From: a bacterium
GTDB taxonomy: Bacteria > Bdellovibrionota_C > UBA2361 > CALJRW01
Direction of reading: 5' to 3'
NCBI GenBank assembly: GCA_031385045.1
Contig: JANNBC010000016.1
Coordinates: 1-64,000, forward strand
DNA length: 64,000 bases
Positions 20,092 to 30,780 of this stretch are shown piece by piece; within the stretch, counting starts at the first letter, position 1, and each line of letters begins with the position of its first letter. The translations under genes and the position numbers were made by a program. The notes beneath the pieces were generated by a model. It saw only the letters and a list, made by a program, of their open reading frames with translations. It was not told the DNA's origin and did not search any database.

Positions 20092-22728
20092 TTATTGATC
20101 ACTTACCAAGGCAAAAAATTTATCCAAAGCAGGTTGTAGATCTTTTGGTTCTAAACCACCACCCTGAGCAAAATCAGCCCGACCTCCACCTCGACCACCA
20201 AACAATTTTAAGCTATCACCCAGAGCTTTGCCAACGTTAATGGAATTCTTTAAATCTCCAGTCGCACCAGAGATAACAATGTTCGTTCCATCAGACATTT
20301 GGCTAGCCAGAGTTACAACTCCACTGCCTAATTTGAGACGCACACGATCAACAAGTGTTCTAAGTGAGTCTTGGTCTAGATTATCGACCGTTCCAACAAC
20401 GACCTTTAGTCCTGATTTAGTTATTTGTTGAGTTTGGCAGAGTTCGTCCGCCTCATTAACAGCAAGTTTTGATTTTAACTGCTGGATTTCACGCTCACCT
20501 TGCTTTAAGCGTTCCATTGTTTTTTGAAGTTTTTCCAAGAGGTTTGCTTGATCAACTTTAAGAATTTCAGCAATCTGCAGGCGTTCTTCTGTTAATTCAC
20601 TAAGTCTTTGTTCGGCAACAAGCCCAGCGACACATTCAATCCGACGAGTTCCCGTAGCAATCCCTGATTCAGAAGTGATTGTTAGAAAACCAATCTCTCC
20701 ACTAGCTGAAGCATGTGTGCCTCCACAGAGTTCGGTTGAGTTTGGTCCAATATGTACAACTCGCACTTGATCGGAATACTTCTCATCAAAAAGTGCCATG
20801 GCTCCAGTTGCTTTTGCTGTCTCTAGATCCATGATTTTTGTTTCGATTGGATAGTTGTTTCGAATCTCTTGGTTAACCCAAGCTTGAATCTCTTGTAATT
20901 CCTTTGGCGTTACAGATTCAAAGTGAGAGTAATCAAAGCGAAGCGAGTTGCTATCGACTCTTGATCCTGCTTGTTTCACATGAGTACCTAAGAATTTTCT
21001 AAGTCCCGCATGTACTAAGTGAGTTGCTGAGTGATGAGCTCGGATTATTTGGCGACGAGTAACATCTACTTGTAGCTCAGCTTTTGAACCAAGATCTTTC
21101 TCTGAAATTGTCCCTGAAAGTAATTCGCAATAATGCAGGAAATATTTACCAGAGATTTTTTGAGTATTAAGAACTTTTAAATTAGCATCCTTAAATTTAA
21201 TTTCACCTGTGTCTCCGACTTGACCACCTGACTCAGCGTAAAAAGGTGTACTGTCGAAGAACAGGCTAAAGTTACCTTCCTCATGAGTAATTAATTGTTT
21301 TAATTCTGAGGTGCTAGTCAAAGCCTCGTATCCTAAAAACTTTGTTTCCGGAGCTGAGACATTCACAGAGCTATAGGTAATATTTTGAGATTCGCGATCT
21401 AAGCGAGAACGATCTTTTTGTTCATTCATTGCTAAATCAAATTCTTGACGATCAACACTAATGCCATGAATCTTTAAGGCATCTTCTGTTAGATCCAATG
21501 GAAAGCCATAAGTGTCATGCAGTAAAAATGCTGTTCTCCCAGAAAGGCTTTTAGCCTTCCCAAGTTTTTTAACTTCTTCTTCTAAGTACTCCAAGCCACT
21601 ATCAAGTGTTTCGTTAAATTTCGATTCTTCCGCGCTAGCAATTCGTAGAATTAAATCTTTACTTGCTGCTAGCTCTGGGTAGGCATCTGACATAATGCTA
21701 ATTAATTTCTCACAAGTCTTAGCTAAAAATAAATCTTTAAAATTTAAGACCCTGCCATGGCGAATTGCCCGGCGAATTAAGCGACGTAAAACATAACCGC
21801 GCCCATCACTAGCAGGGTTTACTCCATCAGCAATCAGAAAAGAAATAGATCTCGTGTGATCAGCAATCACGCGCATTGCGACGTCTCGGGCATAGTTTAT
21901 GTCCGTTTTTAAATCTCGAACAGTGTAGTCACGACCATCATACTTATAACCAGAGATTTCTTCACAAGTACTAATCACACCTCGGAGAGAGTCAGTATCA
22001 TAGTTTCCAGCGAATCCATTTAGAATAGAAACTGCACGTTCCAGTCCCATACCAGTATCAATCGAAGGTTTTGGAAGTGGATTCATAACGCCACTGGTAT
22101 CACGATTAAATTGCATGAAAACTAAGTTCCAAAATTCAAGGTAGCTACCATCATCTTTTCGAAAATCAGCTTCACACTGAGACTCTGGTTTGTTGCCAAC
22201 ATAGTAATGCAACTCGGAGCAAGGCCCACAAGGACCAGTATCGCCCATTGCCCAAAAATTATCAGCTTCTCCACATTTTAAGATTCGATCAGGAGAGACT
22301 CCAACTTCTTGCCAGAGTTTGCCGGCTTCATCATCATTTTCAAAAATTGTGATCCAAAGTCGGCTAACATCAAATTTAAGATATTTAGTGGAGAATTCCC
22401 AAGCATAAGCAATGGCATCTTTCTTGAAATAATCACCAAAGGAGAAATTACCCATCATTTCAAAGAAGGTATGGTGTCGTGCAGTTACTCCAACATTCTC
22501 TAAGTCATTGTGTTTCCCGCTAATTCGCATGCACTTTTGAGCGGTAGTAGCCCGAGAATACTCTCTTTTTTCTGCTCCTAAGAATAAATCTTTAAACTGA
22601 TTCATTCCTGCATTAGAGAAAAGCAAAGTTGGGTCATCCTTAGGTACTAAAGATGAACTAGAAACGATTTGGTGACCTTTGCTGGCAAAGAAATCAAGAT
22701 ATGCTTGGCGTGCTTGTTTGGTATTCAT
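20092..22728 (-). CDS. alaS: Alanine--tRNA ligase
   Basis: DPTLLFSNAGMNQFK, HHTFFEMMGNFSFGDYFK, HSATHL, ELCGGTH, GGRGGG. Confidence 0.98.
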   Translation of the reverse strand: MNTKQARQAYLDFFASKGHQIVSSSSLVPKDDPTLLFSNAGMNQFKDLFLGAEKREYSRATTAQKCMRISGKHNDLENVGVTARHHTFFEMMGNFSFGDYFKKDAIAYAWEFSTKYLKFDVSRLWITIFENDDEAGKLWQEVGVSPDRILKCGEADNFWAMGDTGPCGPCSELHYYVGNKPESQCEADFRKDDGSYLEFWNLVFMQFNRDTSGVMNPLPKPSIDTGMGLERAVSILNGFAGNYDTDSLRGVISTCEEISGYKYDGRDYTVRDLKTDINYARDVAMRVIADHTRSISFLIADGVNPASDGRGYVLRRLIRRAIRHGRVLNFKDLFLAKTCEKLISIMSDAYPELAASKDLILRIASAEESKFNETLDSGLEYLEEEVKKLGKAKSLSGRTAFLLHDTYGFPLDLTEDALKIHGISVDRQEFDLAMNEQKDRSRLDRESQNITYSSVNVSAPETKFLGYEALTSTSELKQLITHEEGNFSLFFDSTPFYAESGGQVGDTGEIKFKDANLKVLNTQKISGKYFLHYCELLSGTISEKDLGSKAELQVDVTRRQIIRAHHSATHLVHAGLRKFLGTHVKQAGSRVDSNSLRFDYSHFESVTPKELQEIQAWVNQEIRNNYPIETKIMDLETAKATGAMALFDEKYSDQVRVVHIGPNSTELCGGTHASASGEIGFLTITSESGIATGTRRIECVAGLVAEQRLSELTEERLQIAEILKVDQANLLEKLQKTMERLKQGEREIQQLKSKLAVNEADELCQTQQITKSGLKVVVGTVDNLDQDSLRTLVDRVRLKLGSGVVTLASQMSDGTNIVISGATGDLKNSINVGKALGDSLKLFGGRGGGRADFAQGGGLEPKDLQPALDKFFALVSDQ

Positions 22729-22881
22729 AGACTCGCCAATATAACAAGAAAAATCGGACAGGTCATCTTTTTATTTCAAGAGTAGTTTTTAGTAGAAAAG
22801 CCAATCTGACGGAAATACTTTTGAAAATCAGAGTAATGTTTTATGGTAAGAATGCTTTCAACTTTAATTTTAGAATTAACT

Positions 22882-23376
22882 ATGGCTCGATCAACAAACT
22901 TTCAAGGTAAGCCTTTAACATTACTTGGCCAGGAACTTAAGGTAGGTCAAAAACTTCCTACATTTAAGATCACTGCCAATGATATGTCGGATGCAACTAA
23001 TAGTGATTTTGCTGGTAAAAAACTAATTATTGTTACAGTACCAAGCTTGGATACCTCTGTTTGCTCAATGGAATCCAAGAAGTTTAATGATCAGGCGGCT
23101 AGCTTAGGGTCCGATGTTTTGGTGTTGGTCATTAGCCGAGATTTGCCTTTCGCCCAAAAGCGTTGGTGCGGAGCTGAAGGAGTAGAAAATATCAAGACTT
23201 TTAGTGATTATAAATATCGCAACGTTGCGGAAAACTTTGGTGTTTTAATAGAAGATTGGCAATTATTATCAAGAGCAATTTTTGTTGCAAATGCCGATGG
23301 CATAATTGAATATCTTGAGTATGTTCCTGAGATTGTAGCAGAGCCTGATTATCAAGCAGTTTGGAAGGCGATTTAA
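22882..23376 (+). CDS. tpx: Thiol peroxidase Tpx
   Basis: VPSLDTSVC, ISRDLPFAQKRWC, EPDY. Confidence 0.95.
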   Translation: MARSTNFQGKPLTLLGQELKVGQKLPTFKITANDMSDATNSDFAGKKLIIVTVPSLDTSVCSMESKKFNDQAASLGSDVLVLVISRDLPFAQKRWCGAEGVENIKTFSDYKYRNVAENFGVLIEDWQLLSRAIFVANADGIIEYLEYVPEIVAEPDYQAVWKAI

Positions 23377-24599
23377 CTTTTAGGGTTACTTTTTAATAGC
23401 AACCCAAGAGTATAATAACTGGCGAATCTCCTTACTTGCTCTCTTGTTCCGGAGAAGAAAATTTCCTTAGTAAAAGATCGATTATTGTCAGCGTATCCTA
23501 TGTAGACTGTGCCAACTGGGGGTTTTTCATTTCCACTAGTTGGCCCAGCTATGCCAGTAACAGATAAGCCAATATCTGATTGTAATTTTTTTCTGACTCC
23601 TAGAGCCATCTCCAGTGCGCACTCAGCACTTACTGCTCCATATTGAGTTATAATCTTTGAGCTAACTTCCAAAATATTTTCCTTTACAGAATTATGGTAG
23701 CTGACAATCGAACCAAGGAAATATTCGGAGCTCCCCGCCTGATCTGTCAATGTTTTTCCAATTAATCCTCCCGTGCAAGATTCAGCGATAGCCAGAGTTT
23801 GTTTAGATGCTATTAGTTCTTGATGGATAACCTCTAGCATACTTTGCTCTCCACAAGTTATTAAGAATTCTTTTGCTGGAAGACTTAAGACTTGCTCAGA
23901 TGCTCTCTGGAGCTCAGGCAGGTTTTTACTTTTTAAGATTAGCTTATTTTCCGGAAAGCTTGTTTCGTAAATTACTTCAATTTCCTCTGATAGTTTTAAT
24001 TTTGAAACTTGATCATTTAAAGCAGACTCGGGGATATTAAAAAACACAAAACGTTTTTGAGCGATCTTCTCAGGAGTAAAGATTCTTGAAATTAGTGGCA
24101 AAATTTCTTCTTGAAAAATACCTTTAAGCTCACTCGGAACTCCTGGTAGCGAAATTAGCCAACGATTCCCCTTGTTTACTAAGAAGGATGGCGCAGTACC
24201 AAAGTTATTTTTAATAATCTGGGAACCTATCGGAAAGGTCGCTTGCTTGATATTAGATTCTGGAAACTCTCGGCCCCGATCGGCATAACGTTTCTTTTGC
24301 TTGGCTAGCTCTTCGGGATCAATTATTAATCCTGTCTGGAAAAATTTAGCAACAGCTTCTCGTGTTAGATCATCTGTTGTTGGACCAAGCCCACCACTTG
24401 TAATCACTAAGCTGATATCTTGTTGATAGGCAAAAGTTAGTGCATCAACAATGCTATCGATTTGATCAGCGCAGGTTAAGATATTTGCCACTGAGAAAGA
24501 GTTTTGACTTAATCCTTTTGCTAGGTAGTTAACATTTGTATCTAGCGTTCGACCATCTAGTAACTCGGATCCAATTGTTAGTAGGGCAACTTTAATCAT
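23373..24599 (-). CDS. cinA: CinA (MoCF-like domain + NMN amidohydrolase PncC)
   Basis: GSELLDG..DTN, GGLGPTTDDLT, AESCTGG, GAVS, TGIAGP. Confidence 0.93.
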   Translation of the reverse strand: MIKVALLTIGSELLDGRTLDTNVNYLAKGLSQNSFSVANILTCADQIDSIVDALTFAYQQDISLVITSGGLGPTTDDLTREAVAKFFQTGLIIDPEELAKQKKRYADRGREFPESNIKQATFPIGSQIIKNNFGTAPSFLVNKGNRWLISLPGVPSELKGIFQEEILPLISRIFTPEKIAQKRFVFFNIPESALNDQVSKLKLSEEIEVIYETSFPENKLILKSKNLPELQRASEQVLSLPAKEFLITCGEQSMLEVIHQELIASKQTLAIAESCTGGLIGKTLTDQAGSSEYFLGSIVSYHNSVKENILEVSSKIITQYGAVSAECALEMALGVRKKLQSDIGLSVTGIAGPTSGNEKPPVGTVYIGYADNNRSFTKEIFFSGTREQVRRFASYYTLGLLLKSNPKS

Positions 24600-24626
24600 A
24601 AGAAGATAGTGGTTAATACAGAGAAT

Positions 24627-24671
24627 CCAAAAAAGAATTTCCGAAAAACTTTTTCGGAAATTCTTTTTTGG
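24627..24671. terminator. 22-bp-arm perfect inverted repeat with a 1-nt centre; probable terminator
   Basis: CCAAAAAAGAATTTCCGAAAAA-C-TTTTTCGGAAATTCTTTTTTGG between the M23 gene and cinA. Confidence 0.65.
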
Positions 24672-24698
24672 GCTTACTATAATAATTGCTAGTAAGAG

Positions 24699-26081
24699 TT
24701 AGGCCAAGTCTTCTTTTATTTTCTCTCTTAGTAGTTTGAGGTAACGTTTAAATTTGGCGTCCTTGGAATCAACTTTTTGGCTATCAAGTACGGGCAATTC
24801 AATTTTCATTGGGTCAACATATTTGCCATCAACATAGAAACTGTAATGTAAGTGTGGACCGCTGGAAAGACCAGTTGTTCCCACATAGCCAATTACGTCT
24901 CCCCGGGCAACTTTAAATCCTTTTTTCACACCTGGAGCAATCTTAGAAAGATGGAGGTAGGCAGTCGAATAGTGTGGAGAATGTTTTAACTTAATCCAAT
25001 TACCATTTGCACGATGATAGCTAGCTTCATCAACTTGCGCATCAGCTACTGCTCGCACAGGAGTTCCTGTTGGGGCTGCAAAATCAACTCCATTGTGTGG
25101 ACGACTAATTTTTAAAACTGGGTGGAAGCGACTTGTAGTAAAGACTGAGGAAATTCTAGAAAATTTCACGGGATATCTTAAAAAGAAATTACCAATTGCT
25201 ATACCTTTCTGATCAAAATATTGGTTTTTACCCTGCTCGTTCGGAATATTAATTGCAATATATGCTTTGCCTCTAGCTGTTACAGATGCCGCCCTAACCT
25301 TTCCAGGTGCTAGGATTTTTCCATTATCAAGAGAGCGCTGATCATAAATTACAGTAAATGTATCTCCTGGATGAATATCTTTTGTGAAAGCAATTTTACT
25401 CCCAAAGATATCTACAATTTCATCAACAATGTCATAGGAGAGTTGATGGCTCTCAGCCGTTGCGGCAATTGAATTTTGAATAGCAAAGCTTACTTTTACT
25501 TCTTCGACTCTAATTTCGGGGATAATTTGTTCTACTCGGTATTCTAAAAGTTCCGGATCGTAAAGTAATGAAACCTTGGCTCCATCGCTGATCGTTTTAG
25601 AAAGCCGTGTAAGAACATTGTTTCGAGCTTCTATTTCTATCTTTGAACCTGATCGTAACAGTTGATTGATATTGAAGTCAGAGTCTTTAAAGGCCTTTTC
25701 AGCTTGCAGCGCAAGGCTAGTATCAACGCCAAATTTATTCCAAATTGTTGATAAGGTATCTCCAGGGCTTACAATATATTCAACAAAATCAGGTCGATAG
25801 ATCGATTGGAGGCCGTCAGTATTATACAATTGCTCGCTATCAAGGCTAGCTCGTACTTGATCAAAGTCAATTGGCAAATCGCTTTCCAGGCTTCCCCAGA
25901 CGCTTTCAGAAGAAAGTAAGTCTTGATCTTCCAGATCTAGGAACTGATCTTCTTGGATTGCTCTTTGTTCTGTGCGTGTGCTTTGCTGATTAAGGGAACT
26001 AAGGTTATAATAGGCATTTAAGGCTAAGAATCCAAAAACTGAACCTATAATAAAGAAGATGAAACTTTGTCGAAACGGCAT
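24699..26081 (-). CDS. M23-family peptidoglycan endopeptidase (MepM-like, with LysM/OapA region)
   Basis: HNGVDF, YLHL, GPHLHY; N-terminal TM. Confidence 0.92.
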   Translation of the reverse strand: MPFRQSFIFFIIGSVFGFLALNAYYNLSSLNQQSTRTEQRAIQEDQFLDLEDQDLLSSESVWGSLESDLPIDFDQVRASLDSEQLYNTDGLQSIYRPDFVEYIVSPGDTLSTIWNKFGVDTSLALQAEKAFKDSDFNINQLLRSGSKIEIEARNNVLTRLSKTISDGAKVSLLYDPELLEYRVEQIIPEIRVEEVKVSFAIQNSIAATAESHQLSYDIVDEIVDIFGSKIAFTKDIHPGDTFTVIYDQRSLDNGKILAPGKVRAASVTARGKAYIAINIPNEQGKNQYFDQKGIAIGNFFLRYPVKFSRISSVFTTSRFHPVLKISRPHNGVDFAAPTGTPVRAVADAQVDEASYHRANGNWIKLKHSPHYSTAYLHLSKIAPGVKKGFKVARGDVIGYVGTTGLSSGPHLHYSFYVDGKYVDPMKIELPVLDSQKVDSKDAKFKRYLKLLREKIKEDLA

Positions 26082-26188
26082 GGAGAAATCGCTTTAATAA
26101 TTTTCGATAATCAAAGCCTACTATAGTGGATTGCTGGAAATTAAGAAAGTTTTTGAGGAACTTCTCTTAAAAACCACAAATATTTAAC

Positions 26189-26599
26189 ATGAAATCAAAA
26201 AAATACTTAGGACTTGATGTCGGAGAGCGAATTGTTGGTTTAGCAATTGGCGACTTGCAGTCAAAGTTAGTCTTTCCGCGTAAGGCCTTGGACTTAAAGC
26301 AAGTTGATGCGAAAAAAGTTCTCAGCCAAATGTTAATTGATGATGCTCTTACTGGTTTTGTCGTTGGTTGGCCACAAAACAGCGATGGGAGCAAAAGTTT
26401 ACAGTGTGCTAAAATTGAAAAATTTGTTAATAATTTAAAACTTCCCGAGCATTTTGAGGTACATTATATTAATGAGTATGCCTCTAGCTTAGAAGCTCAG
26501 AGTCGCTTTCGAGCCTTTGGGGTTAAAAAAGTCGGTCGAGAAATAATCGATTCAACTGCCGCAATTATTATTTTAGAGTCGTTTTTTAATAGATGTTAA
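26189..26599 (+). CDS. ruvX: YqgF/RuvX RNase H-fold nuclease
   Basis: LGLDVGERIVGLAIGD, VVGWP, NEYASS, DSTAAIIILE. Confidence 0.9.
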   Translation: MKSKKYLGLDVGERIVGLAIGDLQSKLVFPRKALDLKQVDAKKVLSQMLIDDALTGFVVGWPQNSDGSKSLQCAKIEKFVNNLKLPEHFEVHYINEYASSLEAQSRFRAFGVKKVGREIIDSTAAIIILESFFNRC

Positions 26600-27747
26600 A
26601 GTTATTATTAAGAATTTTTGTTGTCTTAGGTATCCCGGCTCTAGTTGGTATAGCATTCTTTCTTTTTTTAAGAAGTTATTTTTTCACTCCTTTTATCCCA
26701 GAGAGTGATAAGGTGTTCTTAGTTGAACTGGCTTCCGGTAGTAGCTTTCGATCCTTCTGTGATCAGCTAGAGTCAAAAGGCATTATTCGAAGTGCCTGGA
26801 TGCTTGATTTTATTTCTCAAGTTAAGAAAAGCGATACAAAAATTAAGGCTGGGGAATATCAACTTTCTCCGGCAATGTCTCCGCAAGATATTCTAAATAA
26901 ACTTAGCAAGGGCGAGGTCTTTAAAAGGATTCTGACTGTTAAAGAAGGAATGGATATATGGCAAATTGCTAAAGCTTTAGAGGATGCTCAAATACTACTG
27001 GGTACTGAATTCATCCAAGCTGTACAGGATCGAATGTTATTAGATAAATTGGAAGTTACTGCTCCTTCTCTGGAAGGTTATCTTTTCCCTGAGACATATC
27101 ATTTCTCTGGCAAACAGACTGCTCTCGCAGTGATTTGGACCATGGTGGAGCAATTCTATAAAAAATGGAAACCAGAATATGATCAAAGATTAACCGAATT
27201 AAACTTATCTAAGCATGAGATAATTACGCTCGCTTCTATTATTGAAAAAGAATCAGGTAATCAATCAGAGCAACCGCTAATTTCCTCTGTATTTCACAAT
27301 CGCTTGCGAAGTGGCATGAAGCTAGAGTCTGATCCAACATTAGTTTATGGATTGCAAGATTTTAATGGTGTTGTGCTTAATAAGCATAAGGAAACTGAGT
27401 CTCCTTACAATACTTATAAAAATTTTGGATTACCTCCTGGACCAATTGCGAATCCTGGGCAGAGTGCTATTCGAGCTGCCCTATATCCAGAAGATAGCGA
27501 TTTTTTATTTTTCGTAGCAGATGGTAAGGGCGGACATAAGTTTTCCACAAATCTTCGGGAGCATAATGACGCTGTTCGTGATTATCGCAATATGATTAGA
27601 GAAGCTAAGGAAGCTTCTGCCAATGCTGCTAGTGATGCACCAGTGGCAGAGCCCGCAGTAGTTACTGAAGTAGCAGAATCTGCGGTGGCGGAAGTTCCAG
27701 CCAGTAATGAAAATTTGGAGGCTAGTGAATCTCCAGCAACAAATTAA
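26593..27747 (+). CDS. mltG: Endolytic transglycosylase MltG
   Basis: LEGYLFPETY, LASIIEKE, SVFHNRL, SPYNTY..GLPPGPIANPG. Confidence 0.95.
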   Translation: MLKLLLRIFVVLGIPALVGIAFFLFLRSYFFTPFIPESDKVFLVELASGSSFRSFCDQLESKGIIRSAWMLDFISQVKKSDTKIKAGEYQLSPAMSPQDILNKLSKGEVFKRILTVKEGMDIWQIAKALEDAQILLGTEFIQAVQDRMLLDKLEVTAPSLEGYLFPETYHFSGKQTALAVIWTMVEQFYKKWKPEYDQRLTELNLSKHEIITLASIIEKESGNQSEQPLISSVFHNRLRSGMKLESDPTLVYGLQDFNGVVLNKHKETESPYNTYKNFGLPPGPIANPGQSAIRAALYPEDSDFLFFVADGKGGHKFSTNLREHNDAVRDYRNMIREAKEASANAASDAPVAEPAVVTEVAESAVAEVPASNENLEASESPATN

Positions 27748-29626
27748 ATTACTACAAGATCGCTTTCTAAAGTTTAAGCGCCAAAACTTATTGGCCTTGA
27801 TTTTGATTCTTGTTATAAATTTTTCTGCGCTGTTATTTTTTCTATATGTGTCTTACTGGCTAGGCCTCGGACTGTTTCTAGCTATTATTCCTAATGCCTA
27901 TTTCTTAATTCGAAATTACCGGCGACTTAATACTCCGTCTGCCCAGCAGTGGGCCGTTTTGATAGATGAAGAGTGTCAAGGTGGAAGTCGATTGACTGCT
28001 TTAAACCAATTGCAAGAAGCGAGTTTGGAGGATTCTGATGTTGCTAAATTTATCGCCCAACAAGTCGTAGACGAGAAGATTTCTTTTGCTAAAGTTAATC
28101 AAATTTATTTTAAAAGATCTCGTAGTCTGAAGTTAAATCTTTATAGTTTACCAGTTCTTTTAATTATTTGTTTGATCTTATTTTTTCTATTTAAGGATAA
28201 CTTTATTGAGCCTGCGCTGGATAAAAGTCTTTTTGCTCCAGAAATTAAAGTTTTGCAAGAAATAGTTGCGGAGAAGCAACTACCACCGGAACTAAACGAG
28301 AAGTTAGAGAAGCTATTAAATAATTTAAGTTCAAAAGATTCCAGCCTAAGTGAGGTAAAGGAAAAGTTAGCCGAAGCTGAACAAAAATTAGCAGAGCAGC
28401 AATCTAAGGAAGAACAAGAAAAACAAATAGAAAAAAAAGAAGCTGAGTCGAAGGAAGAAAAACAAAAAAAATCTGAAGAACAAAAACAAGAACAGCAAGA
28501 AGAAGAAAAAAAGAAAGATCAGCAGGAAGAATCTGAAAAGCAAGATCAAAAAGAAGAGAGTGGTGAGAAATCTGAAACTGCTGCAGAAACTAAATCAGGC
28601 AAAAAAGACAATCAAAAAGGTGAGCAACAATCTGGCCAGGAAGACCAGCAAGGGGAAAAGGGAGGAGAGAAACAGTCCGATCAAAAATCTGCAGAAGGTA
28701 AAGAAAAGTCTGAAGGGGGAAGTGGGGATAGTAAAGACTCTGGAAAGCAAGAAGGTGGTCAGCAGGAATCTAAAGCTGAGCAAAAGGGTGGCGAGAAAGG
28801 CGAACAGCCAGGAGAAAATTCGCAGAGTGATAAGAAGTCGCAGTCTGCTAGTAAGGAGTCCCAAGAAGGAGAAGGATCAGATAAAAGTGATCAGACTGGT
28901 AGTCAGCAAGAATCTAAAGATGGAAAGTCTAAGGAAGATGCCAAGCAAGAAGGTGGCAAAGAGCAAGGTAATTCTCAAGAAGGTAAGGGTGGTAAACCAC
29001 AACAAAAATCTGGTGGTGAAGGAGAGAAAAAAGCCGAACAGGTAATGGATCAACTAAAAGAAAAAATCTCTAAACTAGAGCAGGAAAAAAAAGAATCTTC
29101 CACCAAGGAAGGAAAAGAGAATAAGCCAGAGAAGCCTCAAGAAGGACAGTCCGGTGAGGGTGGTGGTAAGGCCTCAGAAAAAAAAGACAAACAGGATCCC
29201 GCTAAGTCACCAGATAATTCTAAGAAGCAAGAGAGTCAGAATAAATCAGAGGAAAAATCTAAGGAGTCTTCTGCTTCTGGAGAAGGCGATGCTAGTGAAC
29301 CTCCGAGTTCGGAGAATAAAGAGTCGGAAAGTAAAATGCCAGGTAAGCAAGGAGCCGCTGCCAGTGGAAAAGAGGGCGATCCAGGTGCGGGTGATGACGC
29401 TCCCAAGATTGATGAAGGAGAATTAAAGTATCAGGATGTGAAAATTACGGAAGACCCAGAAGGCATTGATCAAAAATTTGCAACTGGAGATGCTGAAATT
29501 AAAAAAGGCCAAGAAGGTCAAGAGTATCGCATTACTCAAGAAGAGTTAGAGCTCAGTCGTCCTACTGCTCCCACTAAAAGCAAGCAAATTAAGATTCCAA
29601 TGGAATATCAGGATATTCTAAAGTAA
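27707..29626 (+). CDS. Membrane-anchored protein with a long E/K/Q/S/G low-complexity region
   Basis: Three N-terminal TMs, coiled coil, ~350 aa low-complexity segment, IPMEY C-terminus; start uncertain. Confidence 0.8.
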   Translation: MKIWRLVNLQQQIKLLQDRFLKFKRQNLLALILILVINFSALLFFLYVSYWLGLGLFLAIIPNAYFLIRNYRRLNTPSAQQWAVLIDEECQGGSRLTALNQLQEASLEDSDVAKFIAQQVVDEKISFAKVNQIYFKRSRSLKLNLYSLPVLLIICLILFFLFKDNFIEPALDKSLFAPEIKVLQEIVAEKQLPPELNEKLEKLLNNLSSKDSSLSEVKEKLAEAEQKLAEQQSKEEQEKQIEKKEAESKEEKQKKSEEQKQEQQEEEKKKDQQEESEKQDQKEESGEKSETAAETKSGKKDNQKGEQQSGQEDQQGEKGGEKQSDQKSAEGKEKSEGGSGDSKDSGKQEGGQQESKAEQKGGEKGEQPGENSQSDKKSQSASKESQEGEGSDKSDQTGSQQESKDGKSKEDAKQEGGKEQGNSQEGKGGKPQQKSGGEGEKKAEQVMDQLKEKISKLEQEKKESSTKEGKENKPEKPQEGQSGEGGGKASEKKDKQDPAKSPDNSKKQESQNKSEEKSKESSASGEGDASEPPSSENKESESKMPGKQGAAASGKEGDPGAGDDAPKIDEGELKYQDVKITEDPEGIDQKFATGDAEIKKGQEGQEYRITQEELELSRPTAPTKSKQIKIPMEYQDILK

Positions 29627-29628
29627 GA

Positions 29629-30660
29629 CTATTTGATTGGAAAGAAGCGTTCTTTAAATCTTGCTAAGTCGGCTGTGCTACCAAAATAACAAACCAAATC
29701 TTTACCGTAATTTTCTAAGAAAACAGGAGTTACTTTGATAGTAAAATCTTTACCAGCAATTAGTTTGGGAACTTCGATCTCCAGTAGATTACTAAAGTGT
29801 CTAGAATCTTCCTGGCTTGCTCCAGTAATTTTAGAAGCAATTGTAGCATGAGTCCCACTTACCGCTACTGTTTTATCAAAAGTTGTGCTGCCAGCACTTT
29901 TTCTAAGGAAGCTTACTAAATCTGATTTAAGTGCGTATACTTGATCAGGAGTTTTTTTAGCTTCAGCTGTAAATAAGTTTTTAATTCTTAACTCTACGGC
30001 ACCACCAACTAGCTGGCGTTCTTTAAATTGTTCAGCTTTTGGAGTAGCGGCCCCAATCTTGGATAAATGTCCTTTAAAACCTAATGAGGCTTGATTTTCT
30101 AGATCGCTTGGTGAGAGTTCGATTGTAGGGTAACTTTTTTGAATTCTAGCAAGAACGTCTGGATCGCTTGGCTTAAGAAAAGCAATAGTAACAGCAGCTG
30201 CCTCTACTGTAGCTTCTCTGATTGGACGAAGCTCGGTCCGATCTTTTAGCGTCGCTAAGTAAAATCCTTTGTCTTCTTTTATGGAGACAGTCTCTGTCGC
30301 TTTTTCTAAATTACCTGGGCTTAATTTAGATTGTATGTCAGCAACAATATCATTTAGCGTACGACCATGGGCACTAACAACCACTAAGCCTTGTTGTTGA
30401 GCTAATTCTAGATAATTTAATTTAGCAGTAACTTTGCCTAAGTCTTTTCCCGTTTCAACTTTTAAGTCATTCAAGTCGGACTGAATTCCTCTAGTCTTTA
30501 TTATTAACCCGATAGAAGAAATAGCAGCTAAACTAAGGGCCGCAATAGTAACTCCCGTTACTACATTTCGAGCGTTGAAAGTCCCTTCAGACTTACGGTC
30601 AGCTCTAGGAAGCTGTCTAACTGGGTGTCCTTCTGCGTAAGGATCATTTGATTGAGGCAT
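29629..30660 (-). CDS. Single-TM hypothetical protein
   Basis: 343-aa ORF with one TM followed by a coiled coil. Confidence 0.75.
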   Translation of the reverse strand: MPQSNDPYAEGHPVRQLPRADRKSEGTFNARNVVTGVTIAALSLAAISSIGLIIKTRGIQSDLNDLKVETGKDLGKVTAKLNYLELAQQQGLVVVSAHGRTLNDIVADIQSKLSPGNLEKATETVSIKEDKGFYLATLKDRTELRPIREATVEAAAVTIAFLKPSDPDVLARIQKSYPTIELSPSDLENQASLGFKGHLSKIGAATPKAEQFKERQLVGGAVELRIKNLFTAEAKKTPDQVYALKSDLVSFLRKSAGSTTFDKTVAVSGTHATIASKITGASQEDSRHFSNLLEIEVPKLIAGKDFTIKVTPVFLENYGKDLVCYFGSTADLARFKERFFPIK

Positions 30661-30780
30661 GTTAAATCTCTGACTGTAAGTAAAATGAAAAACAATGTAT
30701 TCTATGTTATATCGCTTACTTAAGCAAAAACCTTAAGTAGTTTTTGCTAGTATATATTTTCCATATAAAGTTCCTAAGCT

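Noticed and set aside
28560..29426. Alternative-frame and antisense ORFs (28560, 28595, 29154)
   Set aside because: By-products of purine-rich low-complexity coding in 27707-29626
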